A DNA stretch of 64,000 nt from Ascidiella aspersa. Its lineage: Eukaryota. The notes under the pieces were generated by a model. The model was not told the origin of the DNA. It made no database searches and saw only the letters and a program-made list of their open reading frames with translations. Location of the stretch: positions 23,374,001-23,438,000 of the forward strand of contig OZ004609.1 in NCBI GenBank assembly GCA_963924565.1, given 5' to 3'. Below, one piece after another: positions 1 to 12,398 of the stretch (positions are counted from its first letter, which is position 1; every line of letters begins with the position of its first letter). A program made the position numbers and the translations under genes.

Positions 1-430
1 TTAAGAGAGTTAGTCACCTTAACTTACTCGTAGCAAACCCCAACACTAAAGTTTTGAAGGATGGTTTATAATAAAATACTATTGATTGGAGAGCAGTTGT
101 ACCAATTGGGTGTCTGCCATGCAAGCTAATGATAATCTTTGAATTTTTTAAGTTTGTTCTACATGGCTCCTACAGCCAGCAATTTTCTTCCCACTTGAGT
201 TAAAGCACGCTTTTCATTTTTATTCAAATAGTTTTAGCCTATGAGCGGTGTAACCACAGCCCCCTCTGGAAAGTATAACAAATCTGGCGAAAAATGTGGT
301 GTGACAGAGCTAGGTTGGAAACAAAAATCCTATACACACTTGCACCCTCAGTCTCAGTCATAATGCATTTCATGAAAAATCATGGTAAAATGCATTCATC
401 AGCAAAATTTCGTTGAACTTATGGTTTTCA

Positions 431-693
431 GTATAGTACCAGGTTGGAAAGTAAGGCCTCTTTTATCCCCAGCGCAATTTATGTAAAATCAACGTAAAAT
501 GCGGCCAGCCTTGAAAAATCGCTCAAATGCGCAAAACTTACGTCGCGCTAACGGTTTTTAGTTGTGCAAAATTTCACAAATACCGTTATCACAGCCGCGC
601 AAATTTCGGCGGAAATGTCATTACAGCCGTGCCATTTTAACCTGCAAAATCGTCTACCCCGAGCAAAATCCAAAGTTTCCAATCTGGGTATAG
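431..693. mobile_element. MITE-like repeat (TIR core CCAGGTTGGAAA / TTTCCAATCTGG)
   Basis: Similar copy at ~1903-2190 and a partial copy from ~309; inverted termini visible. Confidence 0.7.
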
Positions 694-947
694 TATGCTT
701 CATAATTATATAATTATTCCAGCAACTTTTGGAACAGCCATTATTATAGCAGGGCAATTTCAGGCTACACAAAAACAACTTGCAGTGAACTTGCCATAGT
801 TTTCAGTGAATCACAGCCAATATGGTTTAAAAGGCAAGGTAAACCTTAGAATTTTTCCAAATTGTTTAATTATTTTTTTTTGGGGGGGGGGGATTTGTCA
901 CATAAATAGTTTTGCTAGAATAAAGGATCAAAGCTAAGAGAGTTTCC

Positions 948-1149
948 GGCGCTGGTCTAGAATCCTACCACATTATTAAAACAACACGCAATATTTGAGT
1001 TAGGGTGTCGGTTAGTGTTTGGGAAAGGGTGGGTCAAGTATTAATATATTCATTATTTAATATTAATACTTTACCCACCCTAACCCAAACGCTAACCCCG
1101 CACCCTAACCCAAATAATTTGCATTGTGGTAGGATTCTAGACCAGCGCC
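948..1149. mobile_element. MITE, ~25-bp TIR GGCGCTGGTCTAGAATCCTACCACA, 8-bp TSD GAGTTTCC
   Basis: Perfect TIRs with TSD at 940-947 and 1150-1157. Related degenerate pieces near 15040-15195 and 16497-16620. Confidence 0.85.
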
Positions 1150-1902
1150 GAGTTTCCAAACTTACCTGTCAATTCCTTTCAGCATGGCATTCACAGATTT
1201 AGGATTCAAAGGTTCCATGGTTTATTTCACTAATAAAAAATGTAATGTGTTGTCAAAAAAAGGATATAGACTTTGCTGGTCGTGGAACAGCATTAGAGGG
1301 ATAGTACGCGACAAAAACACATCGATATCAAATCGCTATTATAATGTTTTTTAATGTGATAAATTACATATTGAAATAAAATTAATTTATTAAATTATTT
1401 AAACTGTTTTAGGAAAAATTTCACCAGATTCTTATACTTTAATTATAAAATTTTACATAAAGATATCAAAAATCTAGACGTAGTTGTCGTATCAACAATA
1501 AACTGCTCAACCATGAATAAACGCAACACATGCCAAATTCCAATCTACTATTTAACTTTAACAAAGATATTTAACATATAAAAATTTGGTTGACTTAGGA
1601 CATTATCTGACAATAATCCAAATTTAACTATAATTATTTTCACTACCAGCAATATTATGGCCAATAACACTAAAAGAGAAACATTTTTGTGACAATTTAT
1701 CTGGGGAACCACCTTGTGTGCAACAACGTTGATCAGCCCTGTGTTCACACGGCACTAATTTAGCATAGGTGTGTTTTTTAGTATTAACTACATGCAAGTA
1801 TACAAATAAAACTAGAAAAAAAACTTGTTATCAATTTCACTTACAGTAACCATTTCTTTTCATGGAACTTTACGACGAGATCTCGGCGCGAGGGCGACCA
1901 TG

Positions 1903-2190
1903 TATAGTATACCAGGTTTAAAAGTAAGGCTCGGCCGCGGTCATAGTCGCGCATTTTATGTAAAACCAACGTAAAATGCGGTCAGCGGCGAAAAATTTAA
2001 ACGGACAAAACTTACGGCACGCTAACAGTTTTTAGTATAAGTAGGCTACTCCATTTTTAGCCGTGCAAGTTTTACAAATAATTTTATTACAGCCTCGCAA
2101 ATTTGGGCGGAAATGTTATTACAGCCGCGCAATTTTAAGCTGAAAAATCGTCTCCCCACGCAAAATCCAAAGTTTCCAATCTGGACTATG
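1903..2190. mobile_element. Second copy of the 431-693 MITE family
   Basis: Shared internal sequence (aacgtaaaatgcgg...gcggaaatgt...caaaatccaaagtttccaatctgg). Confidence 0.7.
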
Positions 2191-2210
2191 TAGCCACCAT
2201 GTAGTGACAG

Positions 2211-2690
2211 CCAGGGCTTTGGAGCCGGAGCACCGGAGTCGTGCATTTTAAACGGAGCAGGAGCTCTACGTAAAATTCAAATGGAGCTGAAGCAGGAGCT
2301 GGAGCCAGTTGTTTAAGAAATAGCTCCGGCTCAATGTATTTCATAAGATGCTATGCTATTACTAATGGCTGAAGTTGCATAGTTTAACAGCAAACCTTCA
2401 CAAAATTAAGAATTGTTGCCTCTTTTTGGCGCCACCTTTTCTAACTAACCATTGTGGTGTTTTATTTATTGTGTTATTTTGTTTGTGATTATTTTGAAAC
2501 GCTAGATATTGCAAATTAAGCGTTCATCCTCAAACTACATTTTTGACGTAATGGAGCCGGAGCAGTGGTATTAATAAACTCCGGAGCTGAGCTGGAGCTA
2601 ACCTATGATAAAAGAGAGCTCCGGAGCTTGAGACAGACTACGAGCTGGAGCTAACCTATAATAAAAGAGAGCTCCGGAGCTTGAGCACAA
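2211..2690. mobile_element. Degenerate copy of GGAGCC/GGAGCT-repeat hAT-type MITE
   Basis: Starts CCAGGGCT...GGAGCC and carries clustered ggagct/ggagcc units like the 12399-12875 element. Confidence 0.6.
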
Positions 2691-2828
2691 CTAAACTTAC
2701 TGATTAAGGTGCGCACACAGAATGCAGATTAGACTTGTCACGGTGCTAATTTTCTTTAAATTTATTTAAAATCCTTTGATTTTTTTTAATATTAATATTC
2801 CTTCCAAAATAGTGTAAAACCTTTAATT

Positions 2829-5800
2829 ATGGGAAAATTTAATAAAAACAAGCCTCCTGGGTTAAATTCAGAGCAAATCAATAAAATCTTAAACAATGTC
2901 TTGCCAAATGAAGAAAAACTTTCATCTCCAGTGATAAATAAAAATGACCACTTGCAACCAATAGGCAGAAAACAGAGAAGAAGAAATATTAAAACTGAAA
3001 AAAAGATGAAACGTTTGCTTTATAGCCATTCAAATGCAATAAGTACAACAATTGACACAACAGTTCAAAAAAACAAGAAAGTACGAAAACAACGTGAAAT
3101 GAAAAGGGCCAGTGGAGCCACAAAAAGAAAAAGAAAAAAAGAAAAACAACAGAAAGAGCAGCAAGAAAACATGGTGAAGGAAAATCGCGTTGAAGTCAAA
3201 CAAATCAGTGACCTGGAAAAACTTATGCATATGAACAAAAAGAAAAAGAAAATGGACAAACTTCCAACTGCATTTGTGAATGATGGTTTGGATTATATTC
3301 TGAATGTGATAGACGGCAAAGAAGAAGACCTTGATCTTAGTGAGGAAGATAAATCTTCCTCTGACATAGAAAGTGACGTTAATGAAGGTATGGAATAAAA
3401 ATTATTTTAGTGCGTTCTGTTTTGAAGTCTCAAAGAAATAAGTTATTTTTATATAAAGGCAAAAATATTTTTTATATAAAGGCAAAAAATGTTTAAATTT
3501 TGATCCTAATAATATGCTGTGAAATTTGTATGTGATTAAAATTAATATTGTGAGAAATAAATTTTAAATTTATTAAGGTGGTAGGTAAACTTCCGAAATA
3601 AGCCTAAACATAGCTTTATTAGGCTAAAGTAATAAAGCACCAAACTAACAAGTAGCACCAACTATGTGACTCATTTTAATGTTTTTGTATTACCACAGAT
3701 TATTGTGATGAAAACATGGACACGGAGACTGTGCCAGATAATGTGCACATACAAAGTGAGCAGTCGGATGCCGATGATTTGCATGACCAGTTGTTATCAA
3801 TGGGTGACTCCACCAGTGATATAGTGCATTCATCCGATGAGGATGTAAATTGTGACATAACTGAGTCAACTTTAGATGTTGTTGTTCAGCCTAGTCAGGA
3901 ACTTGGTGACTTAACTCATAAATATGTGCCACCAGCTCAACGCACAGCATTTTTGGCTGCGGAAAAAGATAAACAGCTAAAAATCAAGAGACAGCTTAAA
4001 GGCTCATTAAACAGATTGAGTGAAGCGAATCTTCACAGCATCTGCCAAGACATTGAAAACATATTTCAGTCAAACAGCCGAGCCCATGTGGTGGAATGCC
4101 TGACAGAACTGATGTTGGAGCAGTTTCACACTGCTGATCCCATTCCAGAGAGGTTAATAACAGAATCTGCCATGTTAATGGCAGTTCTGTGTTGCAATAT
4201 TGGCACATCTGTAATAGCTCACTTTATCGAGATTACTGCTATTAAACTGAACGCTTTGTTTGAAAAGGAAAACTATGGCTCAGGAAAAGAATTTAACAAT
4301 CTTTTGCAGCTGCTCTGTAGCCTGTTTCAACTGAAAGCCATACAACCAAAAATACTGTTAGATTTGGTTGAAATCTTGTGTCAAAAGTTTAGTGAAAAAG
4401 ACATGGAACTCCTTGTGCTGACATTAACTGCAATCGGATTTAAATTGAGAAAGGAAAATCCAACAGAGTTAAAACAAGTTGTTGATAATATAACAAAAGC
4501 TGCCCAGAAAACTGTGGTTGATGGGCCCCTATCGAGAACGAACTACCTGCTGGAAGTACTTAATGCAATAAAAAACAACAATGCTAGAAAACTACATGGT
4601 ATGTTAGTGTTACATATTTTATATGCAATATGCCATAGTTTGTGTCAAGTATATACATACACAAGTACCCACATTCTTATATATATAATATGTAAGGTCA
4701 TATATACTCTTTTTATCTCTAATATGTGTCCAATAACAAATGCAACCCATTTTTACCAATTTTTTAGGATATGATGCAGAGACCTGGACAATCAGAAATA
4801 AGAAAATAAAGGCAATGTCAAAAGTGGATTCTGAAGAATTCCCTAACGTTTCTTATCAGGTTAAAATAACCTCAATTTAACTAAAAAAATATATAAAACT
4901 GGTGTAAATTAAATGGCACATATATGTCGCATTTTAGGATTTGCTTTTTGGGGAAAGCAAGGGGAGATGGTGGATTATAGGAAGTGCATGGACGGGCACT
5001 CCAATGTTGCACAGTAGGACAGAAAACAATCCTAAAGGTATATATGTCATATTGATGAAGCAATAAATAAAGAAATACAACACGTGAAAACTTTTAAACA
5101 CTTCTAGATGAGACATTTTCATCTGCTAGTACACAACTGGTTGATATGGCAAGGAAACTAAGGATGAACACAGATGTTAGAAAAAGGATATTTTATGCTG
5201 CCTTGTCATCTGAGGACTATGTTGATGCATTTGGAAACATTTTGAAGCTAAAGTTAAAAGTATCCATTTTTGTGAACTTTTAATTAATTATATTAACTGA
5301 TAAAAACATGTTTTTATTTGTTGAAAACAAAAATATAAACAAAATAATTACATGAGATACTTTCAGGATCCTAAAACAATTTGATATTAACTACAAATTG
5401 TTTATTTTTAGGGCAAGCAACTGCGGGAAGTGAGCTTTGTGTTAGTTGAATGTTGTCAGCAGCAGAAAAAGTTTAACCTTTTTTATTTTCATTTGTTGAA
5501 AAAGCTTTGCCAGCATGACAGGTGAACAGATATTAATATTTTTTTTTAATTTGAAATCAGAAGAAAAGTTGATATGTCACTAATTCACTATTAAGGAAGA
5601 AATAAAGAATGTTACTATGTACCTTTTTTTTGAAAAGAAATGCTGTTGTGAGGATTTCACTAAATATAGGGTTGATATTGAGTTAAAATTTGCACTTGCC
5701 GTTCAGGCGAGTGTCTACCAATCAACACTCGTCTGAAAGAAATACACTCAAAATATTGTCATGCCATCTTAAAATTTTTTGTACTACCTTAATTGTTTTT

Positions 5801-7105
5801 TCCAATGATTTAACCTCCTTTTTTAGTGGGTTTACATAGTTATCGCATAGCATGCCTCTTACAGTTTACTATTAAATAATTCAGACTTTTACCATGTGCA
5901 ATGCACTTGTGGTACTCTGCACTCGCAAGGAGCAAATTGCACTAAACAATTTTTTAATCTCAGCATCTACTTTGTTTACAGCCTAACCTGGGGATTTGCA
6001 GAATTTCTTTAAATTAAAATGTGCATTTAATTAACATAAAGCATGCACAATTGTGCCACACCACTCCCTGTACTTCTTTACAATTTCAGTTTTACAAGGA
6101 CTAATCTTAGGAAAACTAATGACAAGATAGTTTTCTTTTCTTGTAAAGGTAGATCTTGGGGAGTCTCCTAACGAAAAGATATAATAATTCCAAAATTAAT
6201 TCATTCAATGTGATGAGTTCGACATTTAAGCTATTTATGATGCATGTATGTTGTCTTGATACTGCTTTCTACATAGCATTATGTACATTATATCTTGTCA
6301 TTTTGGGTTGCTTTTAAAAAAGTAAAGTTAGCCATTACAATTTTTAACAGGAAGAATTTGGAGCTTTTAAACACTAAACAGTTGTGTGCAATTGTGTGCC
6401 CTTAGTTTATCTGTTGTATTACAGCAGTTTGCAGAGTTGTAAAAAAGGGTGTTACTTTAGCTGATTGAATATGGTAATTTTGTCATTTTTAATGACCTAT
6501 TCCACTGATGCTTACCTGTATGTTATTTATGCAAGCTCAAAAAATATATGCAAACATAAGCCTTATGATTGACTATTGTATTGATATAAGTTGTAATTTT
6601 TTTTTCTAAGATAACATAATACAACAGTTTCTTATAGACAGTTTGTGATGTCTTTGCAATGCTGTTTCTGGGATAGATTTAAACTGTTATCCAGTATGTC
6701 GACTCAACAAACTAATAACGTCACCCAACTTCTTGCTCATCTGGTAGTTTCTGAAGAAGTGCCTTTGTCATGTTTAAAGGTATAGTGCTGTGTATTTTAA
6801 TCTGGTATTATGGCATTTCTTTAAAACTGTTTAAAATTTATCTTTAGGCAATTGAATTTGCAAAAATTGACCCTACCATGGTGACCTTCTTGCGCAATCT
6901 TATCAAAGCAGTGATCGCTGTTTCAACTGATGAACTTGCAACACCTTTCGTAAAACTTGTTTCTAAAAAGAAGGATCTGGTTAACCAAGGACTTCAATTG
7001 TTTATACAACACTTCATGCTTAAAGATACACCATTTATGGAGAACAATCAACATATTAAAGATAGTTTACACATGATAAATGATTGTCTTTCCAAAAGTC
7101 GCTAA
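2829..7105 (+). CDS. NOM1: Nucleolar MIF4G-domain protein 1 (MIF4G + MA3 domains), 8 coding exons: 2829-3387, 3699-4598, 4768-4859, 4938-5037, 5108-5259, 5412-5521, 6638-6779, 6848-7105
   Basis: Lys-rich N-terminus with 'LPTAFVNDGLDYIL' and 'KYVPPAQR...LKGSLNRLSEANL' (MIF4G start). Also 'GRWWIIGSAW', 'ARKLRMNTDVRKRIF...SSEDYVDAF' and 'ECCQQQKKFNLFY', matching the NOM1/Sgd1 family. All GT-AG junctions keep frame. Confidence 0.93.
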
Positions 7106-7194
7106 CCTAAAAACATTGTTCTCTTCTTTTAAGTAACGCTAAAAGATTACTGCCCAAATAATTTTGTCATTAATTTTTTTTAATAGGTTTAATA

Positions 7195-8163
7195 ATGAGT
7201 TTTAGGTTTGATTTTACCCTGGATAAGGAAGATATAAACGAAGATAAAAATGTAACAAAAAAATGTGTTCAGTTGAAAAAAAAGTCTTCGGAAGTTGAAT
7301 TTAAAGTACACACTGTTGAAAAAGCAAAATTATCATGGCAATCAAGCAAACAAGAATTTGTATACACAATAGAAAAAGTTGATTTGGAAAACATAACAGA
7401 AATTTACTATGTGCAACCGCATGGTATCAAACCATCTGAAAAAAAATTGCAATTAAGTTCTGCAAGTCCTCCACCTAAAAAGCAACTTCTTCATATGGAA
7501 ACTGACCTAATACCTACTATATATGAAGGGGGACTAAAAGTCTGGGAATGTGCTGTTGATTTATCAAACTATTTATTCACCATCAAGGAGGCAGTTGTCA
7601 AGGAAAAAAGGGTCCTGGAGCTAGGCTGTGGGATTGGTTTACCTGGAATTTCTGCGCTAAGGAATGGGGCTCTGCATGTTTCATTCCAGGATTTTAACAG
7701 TTTTGTCATCACTAATGCAACAATTCCATCCGTTCTGCTAAATGTATGCTTGAAACAGTGGCCGAATGAATTTACGACTGAAAGTCTGGATGACCCTAAA
7801 ATCATAGAAAAACTATTTGACAAATCTATTTCTGGTGTAGAAAACAGAATTAGCTTTTTAAGTGGTGACTGGCGAGATTTTCCAAACATGGTTAACACAA
7901 AGTTTGATGTCGTTATCTCTGCAGAAACAATATACTGTCTTGAATATTACGAAAGGCTGCATAAAACTTTGGAACATGTTTTACATGAAGACGGTGCTGC
8001 ATATATTGCCAGTAAGGCCTTTTACTTTGGTGTTGGTGGAGGAGTACATCTTTGGGAAGAGTTTGTCAAGAAACAACAAGTCTTTACCGTGGAATATGTT
8101 AAAACTATTGAGGCACCATTGAAAAGGGAAATCTTAAAAATGACGTTCAAATCTTCAATATAG
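7195..8163 (+). CDS. METTL18: Histidine protein methyltransferase 1 homolog (RPL3 His methyltransferase, Hpm1-like), intronless, 322 aa
   Basis: N-terminal MSFRFDF, 'DLIPTIYEGGLKVWECAVDL', SAM motif I 'VLELGCGIGLPG', 'FQDFN', 'SGDW', 'FDVVISAETIY' and 'ASKAFYFGVGGG' are diagnostic of METTL18. Confidence 0.93.
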   Translation: MSFRFDFTLDKEDINEDKNVTKKCVQLKKKSSEVEFKVHTVEKAKLSWQSSKQEFVYTIEKVDLENITEIYYVQPHGIKPSEKKLQLSSASPPPKKQLLHMETDLIPTIYEGGLKVWECAVDLSNYLFTIKEAVVKEKRVLELGCGIGLPGISALRNGALHVSFQDFNSFVITNATIPSVLLNVCLKQWPNEFTTESLDDPKIIEKLFDKSISGVENRISFLSGDWRDFPNMVNTKFDVVISAETIYCLEYYERLHKTLEHVLHEDGAAYIASKAFYFGVGGGVHLWEEFVKKQQVFTVEYVKTIEAPLKREILKMTFKSSI

Positions 8164-11124
8164 TGAAATCTAAGCCCTAATGAATGAGTGGCCAACAAGA
8201 AATCAATGGCCAACATTTCTTATTCAAACTTATTGTGTTAACCGCAAGGAGCCACAACAAAAAAATTGACAGAAGTGCCAACTCATTTCTTACTTACTTA
8301 GGGTACTTTGCCCAAGCCAATTAGGACGACGCTACTCCAACCTAAAACTTGGACAAATTAAACGCTGTGTGATGTTCGTAAGGTTACAAACGCGATTTTT
8401 TTATAGAAATTAAAACATACGTTTTTTATAGTTTATTTTTTTCATTTGTCTGTGGGCTCATGTTAACGCAGCGGCCGTAGTCAAGAGTTTTACCATAGAA
8501 AAAGACTTGACGCACTGAGCACAAACATTAGTGCTTTTCGCCCCATAGCTGATTGGCTTCACTAAAACCACGTGAAACATTTGAACGCGCCCTAAAAAAT
8601 CATGCATTGCGTTCATCTAGTTTAGACGTTTGGGCAGGAAAAGTTTGGGTATTTTAAATAGCCTACTGTCTTGAATGGGTGGTTTTGCTGCTTTAACAAT
8701 ATTCACTTTTTTTTAAGCAACAATATCTTAAAGTTATTTGGCGCCGGCGGCGCAAATTAAAGTCGTTTTATTTATAACGTTTTCTTAAATCGTGTCTTTT
8801 TTATGTCACTCTACCATAGTAAAGATGCAATAAATATAATTGATTACAAAACAGCTTTTGTTTTTCATTCATTTGTTGCCCCCCTACGTAGTCATATATC
8901 ATGAGCCCTCAATAAACCTCCAGTTTGACACTTCTGTCCGGAGGCCACATAGCGCGGTGACAATATTACACGTCGCTGAAAAATTACCGTACCTTAAAAT
9001 GGACAAAGCAAACGGACATTTGAAGAATGTTCACTCGAGGGCGCGAAATATTTTTGCAAATATGAAGATAAAGTTGGCAAAAAATATAGTTTGTGGGGTC
9101 ATAGCCTCGTATCACTTTGTAAATTGGTCAAAAATTTATTACCACGAAGTGAATGAAGGCTTAGTTTTATTTGGTAGTTTTTTCAAATGGAAACAATGGT
9201 CCGCTATCTGTTTTGAAACAAGTCCTTGCTGATGTTTTACTAAGTTATAAATTATAACCTACGACCGAGTTATGCCAGCCCATATGATTCTAAGTATAAT
9301 TCTACTGCCTTTGGAAAACGGCAGCCCGTATGATTCTAAGTATAATTCTACTACCTTTTGAAAACTTAAGCAAACAAAGACTTTTACGGTTATAGCCTAC
9401 TCCCTACTGTACTATATGGACTCCGTAAATTGCTTTCAGAGGTTTTTTGAATTTTTGACAAATTGATAATAACACTTTTTTGGAAATTTGACGTACAGCA
9501 GAGTAAATTACAATTCGCTATATTTTAAATAACCTTTTAGAAAATGTTGCTATGGTAGTTTCTCATGCCTGATCCTGCTTAATCTTTCGGCACGCTATTG
9601 GTATGTCCGCTGTCGAAAGTTTAAACTTTGGCGCAGGCTGATTTCTAGCTCTAGGTTTGGCTACTGCGTGCGTGTTCCGCTAAGGACGACTTTTGATGGG
9701 TCAAACTTTATACAATGCTTGTTCACATCTGTCATTAATATTTCGAAGACACATGGGATTATATTTTCTTTATTTGAATACGATAAATAGTGAATTAGGG
9801 ATATCGTGATTTTGAATTTCGTCGCTAGTTAGAACATTCTTGACTGCACTTTCTGGTAGGAAAATATTTTGGTTGATCTCCGTTACGTGCTTAATTAGCA
9901 ACCAGTGATAATTTTGTAGTTCTAATTAAGCACGTAACAATCTCCGAAGATAACTTTTAAACAAGGGTTTCTCAAACTTAGGTACGCCTACCCGCTTCCA
10001 CCAGGAGAACGCGAGAGAAGTTTCGGGGCTAATTAGGCTACTTCGAGGGATAATAATGTTATTAAATTTGTAGATAAATAAACAATTTTGGTAAAACATT
10101 CAAGGAAATTCTTCCGGTTGAAAAACTCTAGGCCATTGGTTGCCAACATTTTGGTACTCGCTATAGGCCTACCCATGTTTTTGGAAAACGTAGTTCCCTA
10201 ATTTTTCTTTGTTTGAAGTAAACTAATTAGATTCACTTAGAATTGTATTTCAGTTGACAAAAAAGTTCACATTTCGCGGCGGATTGTTTCAAAATTAGGC
10301 AGCGATGTCCGGATTTACAGATAAAAAATGTTGCTAAACTAAATTTAAGCTTTCATTATAATGCCATTTGTTCCTATTAAAGCAATTATGGTGCTCTAAG
10401 ATGAGCAATAAAACGAGAGTATCCTACACGTCGTTAAACTTATATCCAAGTCTAAAACTAAACTGATCTAAATATAGACCAATTATATCTTTTAAACCAG
10501 TAAGCCTAATTTTGTTGTTTTCTCGTAATTGTGTAAGAACGGAATTCATCGTTACAGAGAATTCTTTGTATTAAAAAATGTTATTGATTGTTACAAAAAG
10601 GGACTGCGAGAGGATCGTAAAATGGCTGTCGTTTTATTTCTATCAAAATGACTATTAAACTAAAGCTGAGCTTCAGCTATTTGTTGAAAACAAAAACAAT
10701 GCTTCTGTTTGTGTTTTCTGTTCTCAATCGCATAAGCAAAAGTTTATCAAAAGCTTTATTCTTGTATTATAGGGTAAAATGTCAATCTATAAAGACGCGA
10801 CGATCTTCATAGTAGTGTCCACATAAAGGACATGCTATAATTCACGAAATAGTTTTTCTAAAATGTCTGATTTTCATATTAATAATATCCGAAAAGTACT
10901 TTTCATATTAATAATATATAAAGTACCTTTCTGAATTCCCTAGCAATCCTGGTATACAGGCTACTAATTTAACCATAGAGCTCTACGATATAACCACGAA
11001 CGATGCAGTAAATGTTTTGTTTCATGCTCTTATTCTATAATTTGGCATTGCAACTTGGAATACAGGACTAGTTTTGTTAGTTAACAGGCAGGCGTGGATA
11101 CAGCTATAGGTTATTCATTTAGGG

Positions 11125-11583
11125 CAGTGCTCGGAAAACTGTGGGCCGCGGCCCAGTGAGCCGCAGAGCCATTTTTAGTGGGCAGCGAGTTACTTTCAAA
11201 TAGTTTAGGTTTATCATGTAGTTGTGGGCCGCGTGATAGCCGTACGTTCATTGAACTTTATTTTAAAAGTTCGTGTGGCATAGAATTTTTAAATTGGCTC
11301 TGCATAGAAAGGCCCAGTGCCAAATGTGGTCCTGAGAGCCTGTCGAACTATATTTTTTCTCTATGTAAACGAAAATTTTTTCGTGCATTGCGCGTATATT
11401 TTTTTCGTTTTATAGATATGTTTTACATTATGGCATGGCAGTGTTTTGGGCATAAAGGCGCCGTGTAATATTTCACTTAAAAATCAAATATCCTGAATCC
11501 GCCACTGTTTCGTAGTGGGCCTTCAATAGCTCTGAAAAGAGTAGATACATTGGGCCGCGACGAAAAAAGTTTGCCGACCACTG
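11125..11583. mobile_element. hAT-type MITE, termini CAGTG...CACTG, 8-bp TSD ATTTAGGG
   Basis: TSD at 11117-11124 and 11584-11591; subterminal gggccgcg motifs. Confidence 0.8.
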
Positions 11584-12398
11584 ATTTAGGGGAAGAAGAG
11601 AAATTTTTTTACAATTATTTAATATTGAAATGAGCTATTAACGCTAACCTAGGGCCTATAGACACTGGTGTCTCGTTCAACAAGTTGTCGAAGTTCAATT
11701 ACAATATGCAGAAGGCAGCGACGACATGGGCACGGTTGTTTATTGGCTTGCTCCGGATGGAGTCTTTACGTTCGACAGACTGTCGGCAAACTTTCCAAAA
11801 ATTCTTGACGGAACGTAACAAATTTCCACTTACGGTTTAATTGTATTAAATGTGTTGCTTTTAAGTATTTTAACGTAATGACTTTTCAGGCTTCCATGCA
11901 TTTACAAATTTGTCTGGTTTATCTTAACAAGGCATCGCGGGAAGCGCAAAACAAATTGGGTTTTGGTTTAAATTGGCAAAACTTTTTGATACAAGGCACA
12001 CTGGGCAACAAAATGATGCACATATTGGTTACACTTTTGTGTTTATGTTTATCATAAAATATGGAATGCATCCGCGGAACATTCATATAGATAAGTTGTC
12101 GAAATTTTCATTTTAAATAATTCCATATGAAGCCTAAGAGGCAAGAAATTCACAAGGAGGTTGCGAGCTGTAATTTAAAGTAACCTTTTCTAAACTCATT
12201 TTAATGGTCCATGCAACGCATGGCGTTAAATCTGCGTTTATGCTGTCGCGTGGTTTTCTTATAACCACCTTATGTGTAAGCAATTAATTGCAAAATAGTG
12301 GTGGCCGCTTTTATTTCTACTTTTTTTAAGACCGATTTGGACTGTGTTTATTTTGAATAATGTAGAGCTTATTGAGATCTAGGTTTACAGGTTGAAAC

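Noticed and set aside
6210-6300. Box C (GTGATGA) in NOM1 intron 6
   Set aside because: No CTGA box D or terminal stem at a suitable distance.
7195-8163. Link between the His-methyltransferase and the nearby actin-like gene
   Set aside because: METTL18 targets RPL3; actin His73 is methylated by SETD3, and this actin-like protein has Lys at that position.
8840-9232. 130-aa ORF in the intergenic region
   Set aside because: Non-ATG start, no recognisable motif and no consistent splice structure.
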